In this document: in pieces, positions 1-9,554 of the stretch
How the letters are laid out: each line of letters begins with the position of its first letter
How positions within the stretch are numbered: the first letter of the stretch is position 1
NCBI GenBank assembly: GCA_050015835.1
Contig: JBEKAQ010000005.1
Location: forward strand, 12,013 to 76,012
Source: Bryobacteraceae bacterium
GTDB lineage: Bacteria; Acidobacteriota; Terriglobia; Bryobacterales; Bryobacteraceae
Direction: 5' to 3'
DNA: 64,000 bases
Program-made: the position numbers and the translations under genes
Notes under the pieces: generated by a model
The model's input: the letters and a program-made list of their open reading frames with translations, nothing else
Databases searched by the model: none
What the model was told of the DNA's origin: nothing

Positions 1-1233
1 CTGGCCACGGGGTATAGCCAGGTCGATACCCCCGAAGCGGCGGGCTACATTTTTTACAACACGTGCAGCATTCGGGACAAAGCCGAGCAAAAGGTTTTCA
101 ACCGCCTGCAGAATTTCAAGCGCATCGGCAAGGGCAAAGTCTTCGGCGTTCTCGGTTGCGTGGCCCAGCAGGAGGGCGAGAAAATCTTCGATCGCGCGCC
201 GCACGTAAGCCTGGTAGCCGGGTCCGCCAGCTACACCAGACTGCCGGAAATGCTGGTGCAGCTCGAAGCGGGCAATAAGCGCGTTACCGGCCTCAGCCTC
301 GATACCACCGAGGCCTTCGACACGCCCTTCACGCGCCGCGACAATCCGCACCGGGCCTATATCACGATCATCGAAGGCTGCGACAAGAGCTGCTCCTACT
401 GCGTGGTTCCCTTCACGCGCGGACCCGAGCGGAGCCGCACCAGCGCCAGCGTAATGGACGAAGCCACGCGCCTCGCCGATGCCGGCTACACCGAGATTCA
501 GCTCCTCGGCCAGAACGTCAACAGCTATCGCGATCCCTCGGCCGCCGGTTGGGATTTCGCTACGCTGCTCGATCGCGTGGGCGCCGTCCCAGGCATTCGC
601 CGCGTGCGCTTCACCACTTCCCATCCGCGCGATTTCGTGAAGCCCATCATCGACGCCATCGACGCGAATCCCCATCTCTGTAATCACGTCCACCTGCCCG
701 TGCAGTCCGGTTCTACGCGGATGCTCGCGGGCATGCGGCGTCTCTATACGCGCGATCAATATATGGAGCGCATTTGGTGGATGAAGAACGCGCGGCGCGA
801 CATCGCCATCACCACCGACATCATCGTCGGCTTCCCCGGCGAGACCGAGAAGGATTTTGAGGACACGCTCGATCTGCTCGACCAAGTCCGCTACGACTCC
901 ATCTTCGGTTTCAAGTATTCGCCGCGCCCGAACACGGCAGCGCTGAAACTTGAAGACCACATCTCCGATGAGGAGAAGACGCGGCGTCTGGCCATCGTGA
1001 ACGAGAAGCAGCGCGCCATCCAGATCCGGCGCAATTCCGAACTCATCGGCGCCGTCGAGGAAGTGCATGTCGAAGGCCGCCATCACTCGCTCGAACAATG
1101 GATCGGCCGCACCTCGCAGAACCGCATTCTCAACTTCACCGCGCCCGGGGACGCCAACCTCACCGGCACGTACCTGCCGGTTCGGGTGACCCGCGCGGGC
1201 CCCAACTCCCTCGTCGGCGAAAGCGTGCGGTAA
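1..1233 (+). CDS. miaB: tRNA-2-methylthio-N6-dimethylallyladenosine synthase MiaB (5' end lies outside the window)
   Basis: Frame 1 is open from nt 1, while the ORF track starts at an internal GTG at 160. Has the radical-SAM motif CDKSCSYCVVP, an N-terminal YNTCSIRDKAEQK block and a C-terminal TRAM-like region. Confidence 0.9.
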   Translation: MATGYSQVDTPEAAGYIFYNTCSIRDKAEQKVFNRLQNFKRIGKGKVFGVLGCVAQQEGEKIFDRAPHVSLVAGSASYTRLPEMLVQLEAGNKRVTGLSLDTTEAFDTPFTRRDNPHRAYITIIEGCDKSCSYCVVPFTRGPERSRTSASVMDEATRLADAGYTEIQLLGQNVNSYRDPSAAGWDFATLLDRVGAVPGIRRVRFTTSHPRDFVKPIIDAIDANPHLCNHVHLPVQSGSTRMLAGMRRLYTRDQYMERIWWMKNARRDIAITTDIIVGFPGETEKDFEDTLDLLDQVRYDSIFGFKYSPRPNTAALKLEDHISDEEKTRRLAIVNEKQRAIQIRRNSELIGAVEEVHVEGRHHSLEQWIGRTSQNRILNFTAPGDANLTGTYLPVRVTRAGPNSLVGESVR

Positions 1234-1245
1234 ACACACCGAAGA

Positions 1246-1324
1246 CCACTCCCTCACGGTCGCGGTTCTGTAGTGATCCGTTCCCGTGCGCACCACGCGC
1301 AGAACCGCGACCGTAAGGGAGTGG
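1246..1324. repeat. REP-like palindromic element: 25-nt inverted arms with a 29-nt spacer
   Basis: CCACTCCCTCACGGTCGCGGTTCTG (1246-1270) is the reverse complement of CAGAACCGCGACCGTAAGGGAGTGG (1300-1324) with one mismatch. It lies between the miaB stop and the next gene, and related half copies occur near 23777 and 59685. Confidence 0.75.
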
Positions 1325-1373
1325 AAGCTGCGGCGATTTGCGCTTGTGCTGTAATAAATGCATGGAAGTCGAG

Positions 1374-1850
1374 ATGAAGATCCGCGGATTGATGATGGAC
1401 CCTGTAACCAGCATGCCCATCGTCATCCTCAAGGACGTGGGGAGCAACAACGTGCTTCCCATCTGGGTCGGTATTTACGAGGCCAACGCCATCGCGCTCG
1501 AGATCGAAAAAGTCTCGACGCCGCGACCCATGACGCACGATCTGATCAAGACCCTGCTGCATGGACTCGACGCGGGCATCCGCAAGGTGGTCGTCAACGA
1601 ACTGAAGGAAGATACTTTCTTCGCGGTGATCTGGGTCGAGCGCAACGGCGAACTGATCTCGGTCGATTCGCGGCCGAGCGACGCCCTCGCCCTCGCGCTG
1701 CGTCTCGATTGCCCCATTTTTGTCGACGAAGCCGTGCTCCGCTCCGCCAGGAGCGCGAGCGGCGTTTCCGATAAGCTCAACACCAACCAGGAGCTCAGGC
1801 GGTATCTCGAAAACCTCGGCGATGAAGACCTCGGCCGCTACAAGATGTAG
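1374..1850 (+). CDS. bifunctional nuclease (DUF151) family protein
   Basis: Blocks PIVILKD, LPIWVGIYEANAIALEIE and RPMTHDL are typical of DUF151. The start is uncertain (1338, 1362 or 1374). Confidence 0.75.
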   Translation: MKIRGLMMDPVTSMPIVILKDVGSNNVLPIWVGIYEANAIALEIEKVSTPRPMTHDLIKTLLHGLDAGIRKVVVNELKEDTFFAVIWVERNGELISVDSRPSDALALALRLDCPIFVDEAVLRSARSASGVSDKLNTNQELRRYLENLGDEDLGRYKM

Positions 1851-3062
1851 CTATTTCTTCCACGTAATCAGCACCCACGCCGCGTAGAGCGCCACGATAC
1901 CGCCCACCGCGACCGAAACCGAACTGATGCGGAAGAGGACCTTCCTCCGGACTGCGAGGGCAGCTTCCCGCCTGGTCCGCCAATCCCGCACGATCGGCGC
2001 CAGAGACTGATGCGGCAGTTCGTAGCGCTTCGCGCCCGGCATTTCGAAAGTCCTGATCAGGCCCCGCTCCAGCAGGATCGGCAGCAGCGCCGGTATGAAC
2101 CGGTCCAGCTTTCCGGAGTATTCCGTGAGAGCCTTTTCGGTCACCGACAGCGCCTGGCCTTCGGGTGAAACCAGAATATTGCACCAGCGGAGGAACAGCT
2201 CCCGGTGCGGCTTAATCAGTTCGGAGAACTGCGCATCGCACGATTCCACGATCAGGCGTTCGGCACCCCCATGGGCTTCGAGCGTCGACATTCTCGCCAC
2301 GGTCGAGCTCGAGCGGATTTCCGCTTCGAGCAACCGGGTCGTCCCGCGCGCCAGAAAATACGGATGAACCCCTCCGTCGAATGCCGCAGCCGGTGCGGCG
2401 GTAAGAGCCGCGGCAACCTCGGGCTCGACCGTGCAGCCGCGCTCTTCGGCCATGCACGACACCATTTCCTTCGCCGCTTCCGGAGACAACGGAGGCAGCA
2501 CGACCCGGTACCCGAGAAGATTCGGGATCAATTGGGAAAGCCGCTCAAACGATTTGACCGCATGCTGGTGGATGGCAACCACAAAAACGCCATGGTGCCG
2601 GGCGATGGCGTCCGCCAGTTCCGCATCGAAAGCGTCTGAAAGGTCGGTTCCCGAGTGGCCGCGCAGATAGTCTTCGAACCGGTCGAGCAGCAGGGCCACT
2701 CTGTGCCCGGTTTGCCGGCCTGTCCGGTAGAGCGTCTCATCCAGCATTTCGGGCTCCGCGAAGAACTGCTCGTCGGCCTGCGCTCGAACGGCCCGGGCAA
2801 TCGCCTCCTTCAGGTTTGCGACGAAGGCGCGGCCCTGCCAATCGTCGAATACCACGGTGATGAATCCATCCGCCCGCAAGGCCGGGGCGACGCCCTCAGC
2901 CAGCAGTGAAGTCGCGCCCAGCCCAGGCTCCGCCACCACAACGACAAAGCGGTCCTGACGGCAATCCTCCACGATCCGCCGGACTTCGTCTTCGCGCCCA
3001 CACAGCACCACAGATCGAATGTACAATACTTCGCCCTTCTTGTTGGTGGAAGTTATCTTCAA
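1851..3062 (-). CDS. STAND/AAA-like NTPase-domain protein with a degenerate Walker A and a C-terminal membrane anchor
   Basis: GREDEVRRIVE...VVVVAEPGLGATSLL is P-loop-like but has Ala where the Walker Lys should be. Walker-B-like ALLLDRFED is present, and the C-terminus has a hydrophobic helix (VAVGGIVALYAAWVLITW). Confidence 0.55.
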   Translation of the reverse strand: MKITSTNKKGEVLYIRSVVLCGREDEVRRIVEDCRQDRFVVVVAEPGLGATSLLAEGVAPALRADGFITVVFDDWQGRAFVANLKEAIARAVRAQADEQFFAEPEMLDETLYRTGRQTGHRVALLLDRFEDYLRGHSGTDLSDAFDAELADAIARHHGVFVVAIHQHAVKSFERLSQLIPNLLGYRVVLPPLSPEAAKEMVSCMAEERGCTVEPEVAAALTAAPAAAFDGGVHPYFLARGTTRLLEAEIRSSSTVARMSTLEAHGGAERLIVESCDAQFSELIKPHRELFLRWCNILVSPEGQALSVTEKALTEYSGKLDRFIPALLPILLERGLIRTFEMPGAKRYELPHQSLAPIVRDWRTRREAALAVRRKVLFRISSVSVAVGGIVALYAAWVLITWKK

Positions 3063-3082
3063 ACCTGGTGTCTATCCCAGCC

Positions 3083-3809
3083 ATGTTCGATCAGACCTTC
3101 GTCAATACGCACGCGCGTACCCGCAGACCATGGACAGTAGCGGCTTCGTTGGCCATGTAAACAGGATTAGTGGCTGTAATGCTCATCCTGCCCCTGCTGC
3201 ATCCGGAAGCACCGCATCCGAGGTTTGACGCGCCGGTCCGGGTGGCGCTGGAAGCGCTGACCACGCAATCGCCGCCGATGGCCAAACCGGCTCCGCGCGA
3301 CGCTCAGCCGGCTCCGCGCCCCACCTTCACTGCGCCTGTGCGCGTTCCGGCCCACATCGCTATAGCCATGATGGACGGCCCATTGCCGGACCTGCCGATG
3401 GCGGCTCCGGGCTCCGTGGCCGGGGGATCTCCCATCGCGGCGATCGTCCTGGATTTACCGGCGCGCCTTCCTTCTTCCCCGCCATCCGTGCGGCCCGAAC
3501 TGGCGCGGCCAGCGGAACCCGTACACGTCGGCGTCGGCGTTCAATCGGCCAAATTGATCTTCGGTCCGAAACCGCGCTACTCCGCCGTCGCCATCGCTGC
3601 GCATCTTGAGGGCACGGTCAAACTGCAAGCCGTCATCGCGGCCCGATGGAACCATCCGGAACCTGCGGCTGATGACCGGGCCTCCGCTTCTCGCCAGCCT
3701 CGCTCTCGAAGCCGTGAAGCAGTGGCGCTACCGGCCTACGCTGCTGAACGGCGTGCCGGTTGAAGTAATCACGGAAATCGACGTGGTGTTTACGCTGAGT
3801 GGTAATTGA
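3083..3809 (+). pseudogene. tonB: energy transducer TonB, disrupted by an in-frame stop plus a frameshift
   Basis: The TonB-like N-terminus MFDQTFVNTHARTRRPWTVAASLAM runs into TAA at 3158-3160. The same frame then continues through a TM segment and a Pro-rich spacer. A +1 shift near 3641-3645 is needed to join GTVKLQAVIA to DGTIRNLRLMTGPPLL...VKQWRYRPTLLNGVPVEV, the TonB C-terminal domain. Confidence 0.6.
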
Positions 3810-4593
3810 CCAGTTCGATGCCGCGCCGTTCCATCGCACTGCGCGTTTTCGGCGACACCAGCGCGGCCAGCTCAATGGCGCGGCTTTCTTTCAGACGCGT
3901 GCGGGCGGCGCGGAGCTCCGGCCCCAGCCGCCCTGGGTGGCACATGAACTCCGTCAGGCCCCCCGGCAGCTGATCGAGCGTGCGCACCAGAGACTCATCG
4001 TCCAGGGCGCCGGTGATTTGAAATCCCGTGAAATGATCGGTGGTCCGCAACCCCTCGAGAGCCGAGGCGAAACGGGGCCGCAGCAACCCCATTCCCAGCG
4101 CCACCGCGCGTTTCAGGACGCGGGCCTTATCGTCGATGCCGAAATCGAAGGGCCGCCGCACCCACTGGATATCGAACTCGCGCGCCACCTTAGCCACCGC
4201 TTCGAGCACCGGCGGCAGCAGATGCGAATGCTTGTGCGAGTCGATGTGGCTGGGATGAATCCCCGCGCCGATCAGCTTCCGCACCTGCGCTCGAATTTCT
4301 TCGTAAAGGGGGAAATCGCGGCGGAACAGGTTCGCGATCAAATCCTTCACCGTCGCCGGAAGCGCGCGTGTTGGATCGAGCACGCTCTGCCCCTCGACCA
4401 ACACCACGTGGCATCCCACATCGAGCGAAGGTGCCTGGCGCGACCGGGCCACGGCGTCTTCGAACGCTTCGCCGTTCGCCATCAGCGTTGTGGCTGTAAG
4501 AATGCCGGAGCGGTGCGCTTCGACGATCCCCTCGTTCACATCGCGCGTGAACCCGAAATCGTCCGCGTTTACGATCATCCGCCGTCCGGGCAT
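3790..4593 (-). CDS. ChbG/HpnK (YdjC) family carbohydrate deacetylase
   Basis: The N-terminus MIVNADDFGFTRDVNEGIVEAHRSGILTATTLMANG and the HIDSHKHSH block are typical of the YdjC family. Confidence 0.8.
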   Translation of the reverse strand: MPGRRMIVNADDFGFTRDVNEGIVEAHRSGILTATTLMANGEAFEDAVARSRQAPSLDVGCHVVLVEGQSVLDPTRALPATVKDLIANLFRRDFPLYEEIRAQVRKLIGAGIHPSHIDSHKHSHLLPPVLEAVAKVAREFDIQWVRRPFDFGIDDKARVLKRAVALGMGLLRPRFASALEGLRTTDHFTGFQITGALDDESLVRTLDQLPGGLTEFMCHPGRLGPELRAARTRLKESRAIELAALVSPKTRSAMERRGIELVNYHSA

Positions 4594-4597
4594 CGGC

Positions 4598-5671
4598 CTA
4601 AAAAATAGCCAACTTGATGCTCAGAAACTTCTTCGGGTTCTTATGCACGTCCACCAGCAGGCTGTTCAGCTCCCGGGTTACCCCATTCATCGAATCGTAG
4701 AGCTGAGGATTCACCATCAGCTGGCCGATCGTCCCCTGGCCCGAATTGATCTTGTCGATCGCGGTGTTCACCTTCTGAGCCACCAGATCGAGCTGCTTGT
4801 AGACGTCCTCGTCCTTGAGGAACTTTCCCGCCGTCCCCTTGCCCGCGTTCAGATCGTCGAGCAGTTTTTTCGCTTCCGTCAGGCTCAAGTGCGCTTCGTC
4901 GTAAAGCTGCGGATCGTAGAGCAGTTTCCCGGCCGAGCCGCGGCCCTGCTGCACCTGCGCCAGCATATCGTCCAGACGCTGGATGGGACGCCGGATCTCG
5001 TTGTAAAGACTGTCGTCGTAAAGCAGATGGTTAATGGTGCCGTTGCTGTTCCTTACGTCTTTGACAATCTGCTCCACTTCGCCCGCCGTGGCATTCAGCC
5101 GGTCGTACAGCGAATCGTCCTTCAGCAGCTTTCCGAGATTCCCCTGACCCGAATCCACCACGGCCAGAATTCCGTCCACGCGTCCCAGGATGGTCTTGAA
5201 CTGATTCAGCAGTCCGGACGCCTGGGCCATGATTTCGGGAATATCCTGCGTCGTGAACGAAGCGACTTCGCCATTGGCCTGCACGTGCTTCGGATGCGTC
5301 CCCCTGGTGATATTGATGTACTTGTCGCCCAGCAGATTGGCGGCCTTCAGGGTTGCGGTCGAGTCGTCCGGGATCAGGTCCAGATATCTGCGGCTGATCT
5401 TCATCTGAATTTCCACCGTACGCTTCGGATCGTGCGATCCCGAGAGTTGCACCTTAAATATGTGGCCGACATAAATGCCGTTCAGCCGGACCTCCGCGTT
5501 CTCCGCGATGCCCGCCGAATCTTCCATGTAGGTGCGCAGAACCGCCTCGGGCTGGAATATATTGCTTTTTCCGCTCAGCAGAAAGATGAGCACGGCGGCG
5601 ATGATCATGGCGATCGTCGCCAACACACCGACCCGCAACTCCGCCCAATGTACCCGCTTCTGCGATGCCAT
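4598..5671 (-). CDS. mlaD: MlaD/MCE-family lipid-transport substrate-binding protein
   Basis: N-terminal TM helix followed by an MCE domain (VRLNGIYVGHI). Lies directly downstream of mlaE and mlaF on the same strand. Confidence 0.8.
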   Translation of the reverse strand: MASQKRVHWAELRVGVLATIAMIIAAVLIFLLSGKSNIFQPEAVLRTYMEDSAGIAENAEVRLNGIYVGHIFKVQLSGSHDPKRTVEIQMKISRRYLDLIPDDSTATLKAANLLGDKYINITRGTHPKHVQANGEVASFTTQDIPEIMAQASGLLNQFKTILGRVDGILAVVDSGQGNLGKLLKDDSLYDRLNATAGEVEQIVKDVRNSNGTINHLLYDDSLYNEIRRPIQRLDDMLAQVQQGRGSAGKLLYDPQLYDEAHLSLTEAKKLLDDLNAGKGTAGKFLKDEDVYKQLDLVAQKVNTAIDKINSGQGTIGQLMVNPQLYDSMNGVTRELNSLLVDVHKNPKKFLSIKLAIF

Positions 5672-5687
5672 AAATTACGCTTCGCCG

Positions 5688-6515
5688 CTATGCCGCATTC
5701 TGTTCCGGACGCTTTACAAACTTGGACATATAAGGATCGGAGGAGGCCTCCAGCTCCGTCTGATTCCCCTCGAAAATCAGACGTCCTTCCCGGAGCACCA
5801 TAAAAATCGTTTTCGTTCCCGAACTCCCCGCCTGATCGAGCCGGCCACTTTCAGGATTGTAGCGGAAATTGGCCACCAGGTTCCCATCCTGGTACCGGTA
5901 AGTTACAACTAACGCTGTCGTATTGTCCACATCCCGCTCTTTGATGATGAGCGCCATGATGGTATGGGCGGTGATCGGATCCAGTCCCGCGGTAGGCGAA
6001 TCGTAGAAAAGAAGAGGAGGTTTGGCGACTACGGCGCGCGCGATGGCGACCCGGCGGCGCATGCCCCCCGAAAGTTCGCTCGGATATTTCTCCATGGTGT
6101 GCTCCAACTCCACGAAACGCAGCGAATCGCGCACCGCCTCCACCATTTTCTCGCGGGGCATCCCATGGAAGGCTTTTTGGTTGATCAGCGGGTAGGCCAC
6201 GTTCTGGGCTACGGTCATCGAATCGAACAGCGCGCTCTCCTGAAACAGCATGCCCAGTTTGCTGCGAACGTCGAACAATTCGGTCTCCGGTCTGGTTTCG
6301 ATGTCCTCGCCCAGCAGGATGATGCGTCCGTGCGACGGCCGATTCAGGCCCATGGCCGTCTTCAGCAGCACCGTCTTGCCGCTGCCGGCCGCCCCCAGAA
6401 TAATCCGTGTTTCGCCCTGCCTGACGTCGAAGGAAACGCCGTCGAGAGCCCGCACATCGCCGAATTCGACACTAACGTTCTCAAAGCGCAGCAGGCTCTC
6501 GCCGTCGCCGGCCAT
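5688..6515 (-). CDS. mlaF: ABC transporter ATP-binding protein (MlaF-like)
   Basis: Walker A GAAGSGKT, ABC signature LSGGMRRR and Walker B LLFYDSPTAGLD. The start is taken at the ATG overlapping the mlaE stop, because the longer ORF extension is Arg/His-rich and implausible. Confidence 0.85.
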   Translation of the reverse strand: MAGDGESLLRFENVSVEFGDVRALDGVSFDVRQGETRIILGAAGSGKTVLLKTAMGLNRPSHGRIILLGEDIETRPETELFDVRSKLGMLFQESALFDSMTVAQNVAYPLINQKAFHGMPREKMVEAVRDSLRFVELEHTMEKYPSELSGGMRRRVAIARAVVAKPPLLFYDSPTAGLDPITAHTIMALIIKERDVDNTTALVVTYRYQDGNLVANFRYNPESGRLDQAGSSGTKTIFMVLREGRLIFEGNQTELEASSDPYMSKFVKRPEQNAA

Positions 6516-7315
6516 CAGACCGTCGCCCCGCCGTTGACGAACATGAGCCCCAGGAAAAAGTCCAGCACAAAGATGACGACCGATGCCCAAACCATGGCCT
6601 GCGTGGTGGCGCGGCCCACGCCCTGCGTGCCGCCGGTGGTCTTCAGGCCGAAATAGCAGCCGAACAGCGATACCGAAAACGACATGATGAACGGCTTCAG
6701 CAATCCCTGGCCGACGTCCGACCAGCCCAGCGCGCGCCATGCCAGCGACCAGTACTGGACGGCCTTCAAATCGTAGAAATACTTACCTACCGCAAACCCG
6801 CCGCCCATGCCGATCAGATCGCCGATCACGGTCAGGCAGGGCAGCATGATGGCCGTTGCGATCACCCGCGGCGTCACCAGTTTCTGAATCGGGTCGGTAC
6901 CCAGCGCGCGCATGGCGTCGATCTGCTCGGTCACCTTCATGGATCCCAGTTCGCTCGCGATCCCCGATGCATTGCGTCCCGCTACCATGACGGACGTCAG
7001 CACCGGCCCCAGCTCGCGCACCAGAATGATGGAAACCGCCTGGCCGGTGCGGCCGGTCTGCCCGTACTGCTGCAACTCGCGGCCCAGCTGCAATGCCATC
7101 ACCGCGCCGGTAAATACTCCCACCAGAAGAACGATGGGAAGGCTGCCCACGCCGATGGAATCCATCTGGAGAACGACATCGTCGAAGTAGTGCGGTTTGC
7201 GCGCGAGGTTGAGGAGCGCCCGGCCCGTGAGCAGGTAGAACGCCTGGATCTCCTGGATGGGGCCCTTCAGCTTGTCAAGCACGGCGGTGTCGGAGTACGA
7301 AACCGATGCTAGCAT
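6515..7315 (-). CDS. mlaE: MlaE-family ABC transporter permease
   Basis: Multi-pass membrane protein with GVGSLPIVLLVGVFTGAVMALQ and ELGSMKVTEQIDAMRALG blocks. The start is ATG 7315 or 7330. Confidence 0.85.
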   Translation of the reverse strand: MLASVSYSDTAVLDKLKGPIQEIQAFYLLTGRALLNLARKPHYFDDVVLQMDSIGVGSLPIVLLVGVFTGAVMALQLGRELQQYGQTGRTGQAVSIILVRELGPVLTSVMVAGRNASGIASELGSMKVTEQIDAMRALGTDPIQKLVTPRVIATAIMLPCLTVIGDLIGMGGGFAVGKYFYDLKAVQYWSLAWRALGWSDVGQGLLKPFIMSFSVSLFGCYFGLKTTGGTQGVGRATTQAMVWASVVIFVLDFFLGLMFVNGGATV

Positions 7316-7328
7316 AACAAGCAACCCC

Positions 7329-8282
7329 ATGAAAGGATTAACCGACGTTCCCGGCATCCTGGTCGGCCATGCCACGGACGCCCAGGCGCTCACCGGATGT
7401 ACGGTAATTCTGTGTGGCACGGAAGCGGTGGGCGGCGCCGATGTGCGCGGATCGGCTACCGGCTCCTGTGAGATCGAGACGCTTCATCCCGGCCACGTCG
7501 CGCCTTATGTGAACGCCATTGTGCTGGCGGGCGGCAGCGCCTTCGGGCTCGAGGCTTCCTCCGGGACCCGGCGCGTGCTGGAAAAACGCGGTGTGGGTTT
7601 CGATACCGGAGTCGCCCATGTGCCGATTGTTCCCGCGGCCATTCTGTTCGACCTGGCGATCGGCCGCCCGGATGTCCGTCCCGGCCGTGAAATGGGTGAG
7701 AAGGCCACTCTGGCGGCGAGCGATGGGCCGGTGGCGGAGGGCAACGTGGGCGCTGGGGCCGGCGCTACCGTAGGCAAGATTTTCGGTATGAAGCAGGCCA
7801 TGAAGAGCGGCGTCGGAAGCGCGTCTCTGACGCTCGGGTCGGGCGCCATGGTAGCGGCGCTGGTGGTGGTGAACGCTCTGGGAGACGTAATCGACCCGCA
7901 AACGGGAAAGATTATCGCGGGCGCCAGAAAATCCCCCGCCAGCCGCGATTTCGTGAATTCGGCCGCGGCGATGCGGCATGGCATCGGGGCCGCCGCGCCG
8001 TTCCGGGGAAATACCACGCTGGCGGTGGTTGCCACCAATGTGCGGCTCGATAAAGTGCAGACCAACAAACTCGCGGCGCTCGCGAGCACGGGCGTGGTGC
8101 GCACTATTGTGCCGGTAAACACCATGGCCGATGGGGACATCACGTTTGCCCTTTCGCTTGGCAAAGAACGCGCCCCGGTAGATGAGGTAGGTGTGGCCGC
8201 CGCCGAGGTTCTGGCGCTGTCGGTGATTCGCGCAGTGAAGGCGGCCCGGACGGCAGGCGGAATTCCCGGTCTGGCCGGCTAG
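7329..8282 (+). CDS. P1 (S58/DmpA-like) family aminopeptidase
   Basis: Contains GILVGHATD, LAGGSAFGL and NTTLAVVATN blocks. The start is taken at MKGLTDVPG. Confidence 0.75.
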   Translation: MKGLTDVPGILVGHATDAQALTGCTVILCGTEAVGGADVRGSATGSCEIETLHPGHVAPYVNAIVLAGGSAFGLEASSGTRRVLEKRGVGFDTGVAHVPIVPAAILFDLAIGRPDVRPGREMGEKATLAASDGPVAEGNVGAGAGATVGKIFGMKQAMKSGVGSASLTLGSGAMVAALVVVNALGDVIDPQTGKIIAGARKSPASRDFVNSAAAMRHGIGAAAPFRGNTTLAVVATNVRLDKVQTNKLAALASTGVVRTIVPVNTMADGDITFALSLGKERAPVDEVGVAAAEVLALSVIRAVKAARTAGGIPGLAG

Positions 8283-8292
8283 GCGTGCTAAG

Positions 8293-9270
8293 TTGCTCCT
8301 GATGGAAGATATTACGGTCATCGTATTGGGCGACCCCGTTGAACCCACGTTGAAACAGCTACACGAAATGGGGCCGGGAGTCGCGGTGAAGATAGCAAAA
8401 AAGGCGGATGAGCTGGGGTCCGCTCTGGAACAGGCGCGCGTTTTGTACAGCTGGTCGGGCAGCCGGGCGGAGATCAAACAAGTGCTGGCACGCGCGCCCC
8501 GGCTCCAATGGATTCAATCGCGCAGCGCGGGCCTCGATTCGCTTTTGTTCCCGGAGTTAATTGAGAGCAAAATTCCCCTGACTAACGGCAGCGGCGTCTT
8601 CAGCCAGTCGCTGGGAGAATTTGTAATTGCCGGCGCGCTCTATTTCGCGAAGGACATTCCGCGCATGGTCCGGTCCAAAGCGGAGCGGCGCTGGGACGTT
8701 TTCGAGCTCTTCGAGATCAGCGCGCAGACCATGGGAATCGTGGGGCATGGGGATATCGGACGGGCCGTCGCGCGGCGCGCCAAAGCCATGGGAATGCGGG
8801 TATTGGCGCTGCGCCGGGATCCCGCGCCGCGGCCCGGCGACGAAGACGTCGATCGCGTCTATGCCAACCAGGATCTGCATGAAATGCTGCCGGAATGCGA
8901 TTACGTGGTGGCGGCCGCGCCGCTGACTCCCGAGACCAAACACATGATCGGGAGGGCCGAATTCAATCGCATGAAGCCGTCGGCGGTGGTGATGAACGTG
9001 GGCCGCGGACCGGTGGTCGACGAGGCCGCGCTGGCGGAGGCGCTCGCCACCCGCCGCATTCACGGAGCCGCCATCGACGTATTCGAAGTCGAACCCCTGC
9101 CGCCGGAGAGCCCGCTGTGGGCGCTGGATAATATCCTGATCTCCGCGCATACGGCCGACCACACCACCACCTGGCTCAACGATGCCGTGGTGTTTTTTAT
9201 GGAGCAGTTCGGGCGCTGGCGCCGCGGCGAACCGTTGAGGAACGTCGTCGACAAACGCGCGGGGTATTGA
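8293..9270 (+). CDS. D-isomer-specific 2-hydroxyacid dehydrogenase family protein
   Basis: NAD-binding loop GIVGHGDIGRAV, then NVGRGPVVDE and ISAHTA catalytic-region blocks. An alternative start is ATG 8302. Confidence 0.8.
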   Translation: MLLMEDITVIVLGDPVEPTLKQLHEMGPGVAVKIAKKADELGSALEQARVLYSWSGSRAEIKQVLARAPRLQWIQSRSAGLDSLLFPELIESKIPLTNGSGVFSQSLGEFVIAGALYFAKDIPRMVRSKAERRWDVFELFEISAQTMGIVGHGDIGRAVARRAKAMGMRVLALRRDPAPRPGDEDVDRVYANQDLHEMLPECDYVVAAAPLTPETKHMIGRAEFNRMKPSAVVMNVGRGPVVDEAALAEALATRRIHGAAIDVFEVEPLPPESPLWALDNILISAHTADHTTTWLNDAVVFFMEQFGRWRRGEPLRNVVDKRAGY

Positions 9271-9315
9271 GTCGAAGCGTTGCGTTGGTATGAATTATGA
9301 GTCATACTTCAAAGT

Positions 9316-9546
9316 ATGAAGATTGGCGAGCGGGGCCAGGTTACGATTCCTAAGGAAATCAGAACACGATTCGGGCTCGGGCCCGAGACAGAAGTTGAGT
9401 TCGAGGTGCGAAACGGCTCGATCGTTCTGAAAAAGGCTCCCCGAAAGCTGGATCTGAACAAGTGGAAGGGCCGCTGCAAAGCCAGCTTCGATGAACTTGG
9501 GTCCACTTCAGTGGACAAGTTTATTGAAGATGTGCGTGGTCGCTGA
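9316..9546 (+). CDS. vapB: AbrB/MazE/SpoVT-family antitoxin (VapB-like)
   Basis: Swapped-hairpin motif GQVTIPKEIR. It is 76 aa and sits immediately upstream of a PIN gene. Confidence 0.8.
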   Translation: MKIGERGQVTIPKEIRTRFGLGPETEVEFEVRNGSIVLKKAPRKLDLNKWKGRCKASFDELGSTSVDKFIEDVRGR

Positions 9547-9554
9547 AAATCAAA

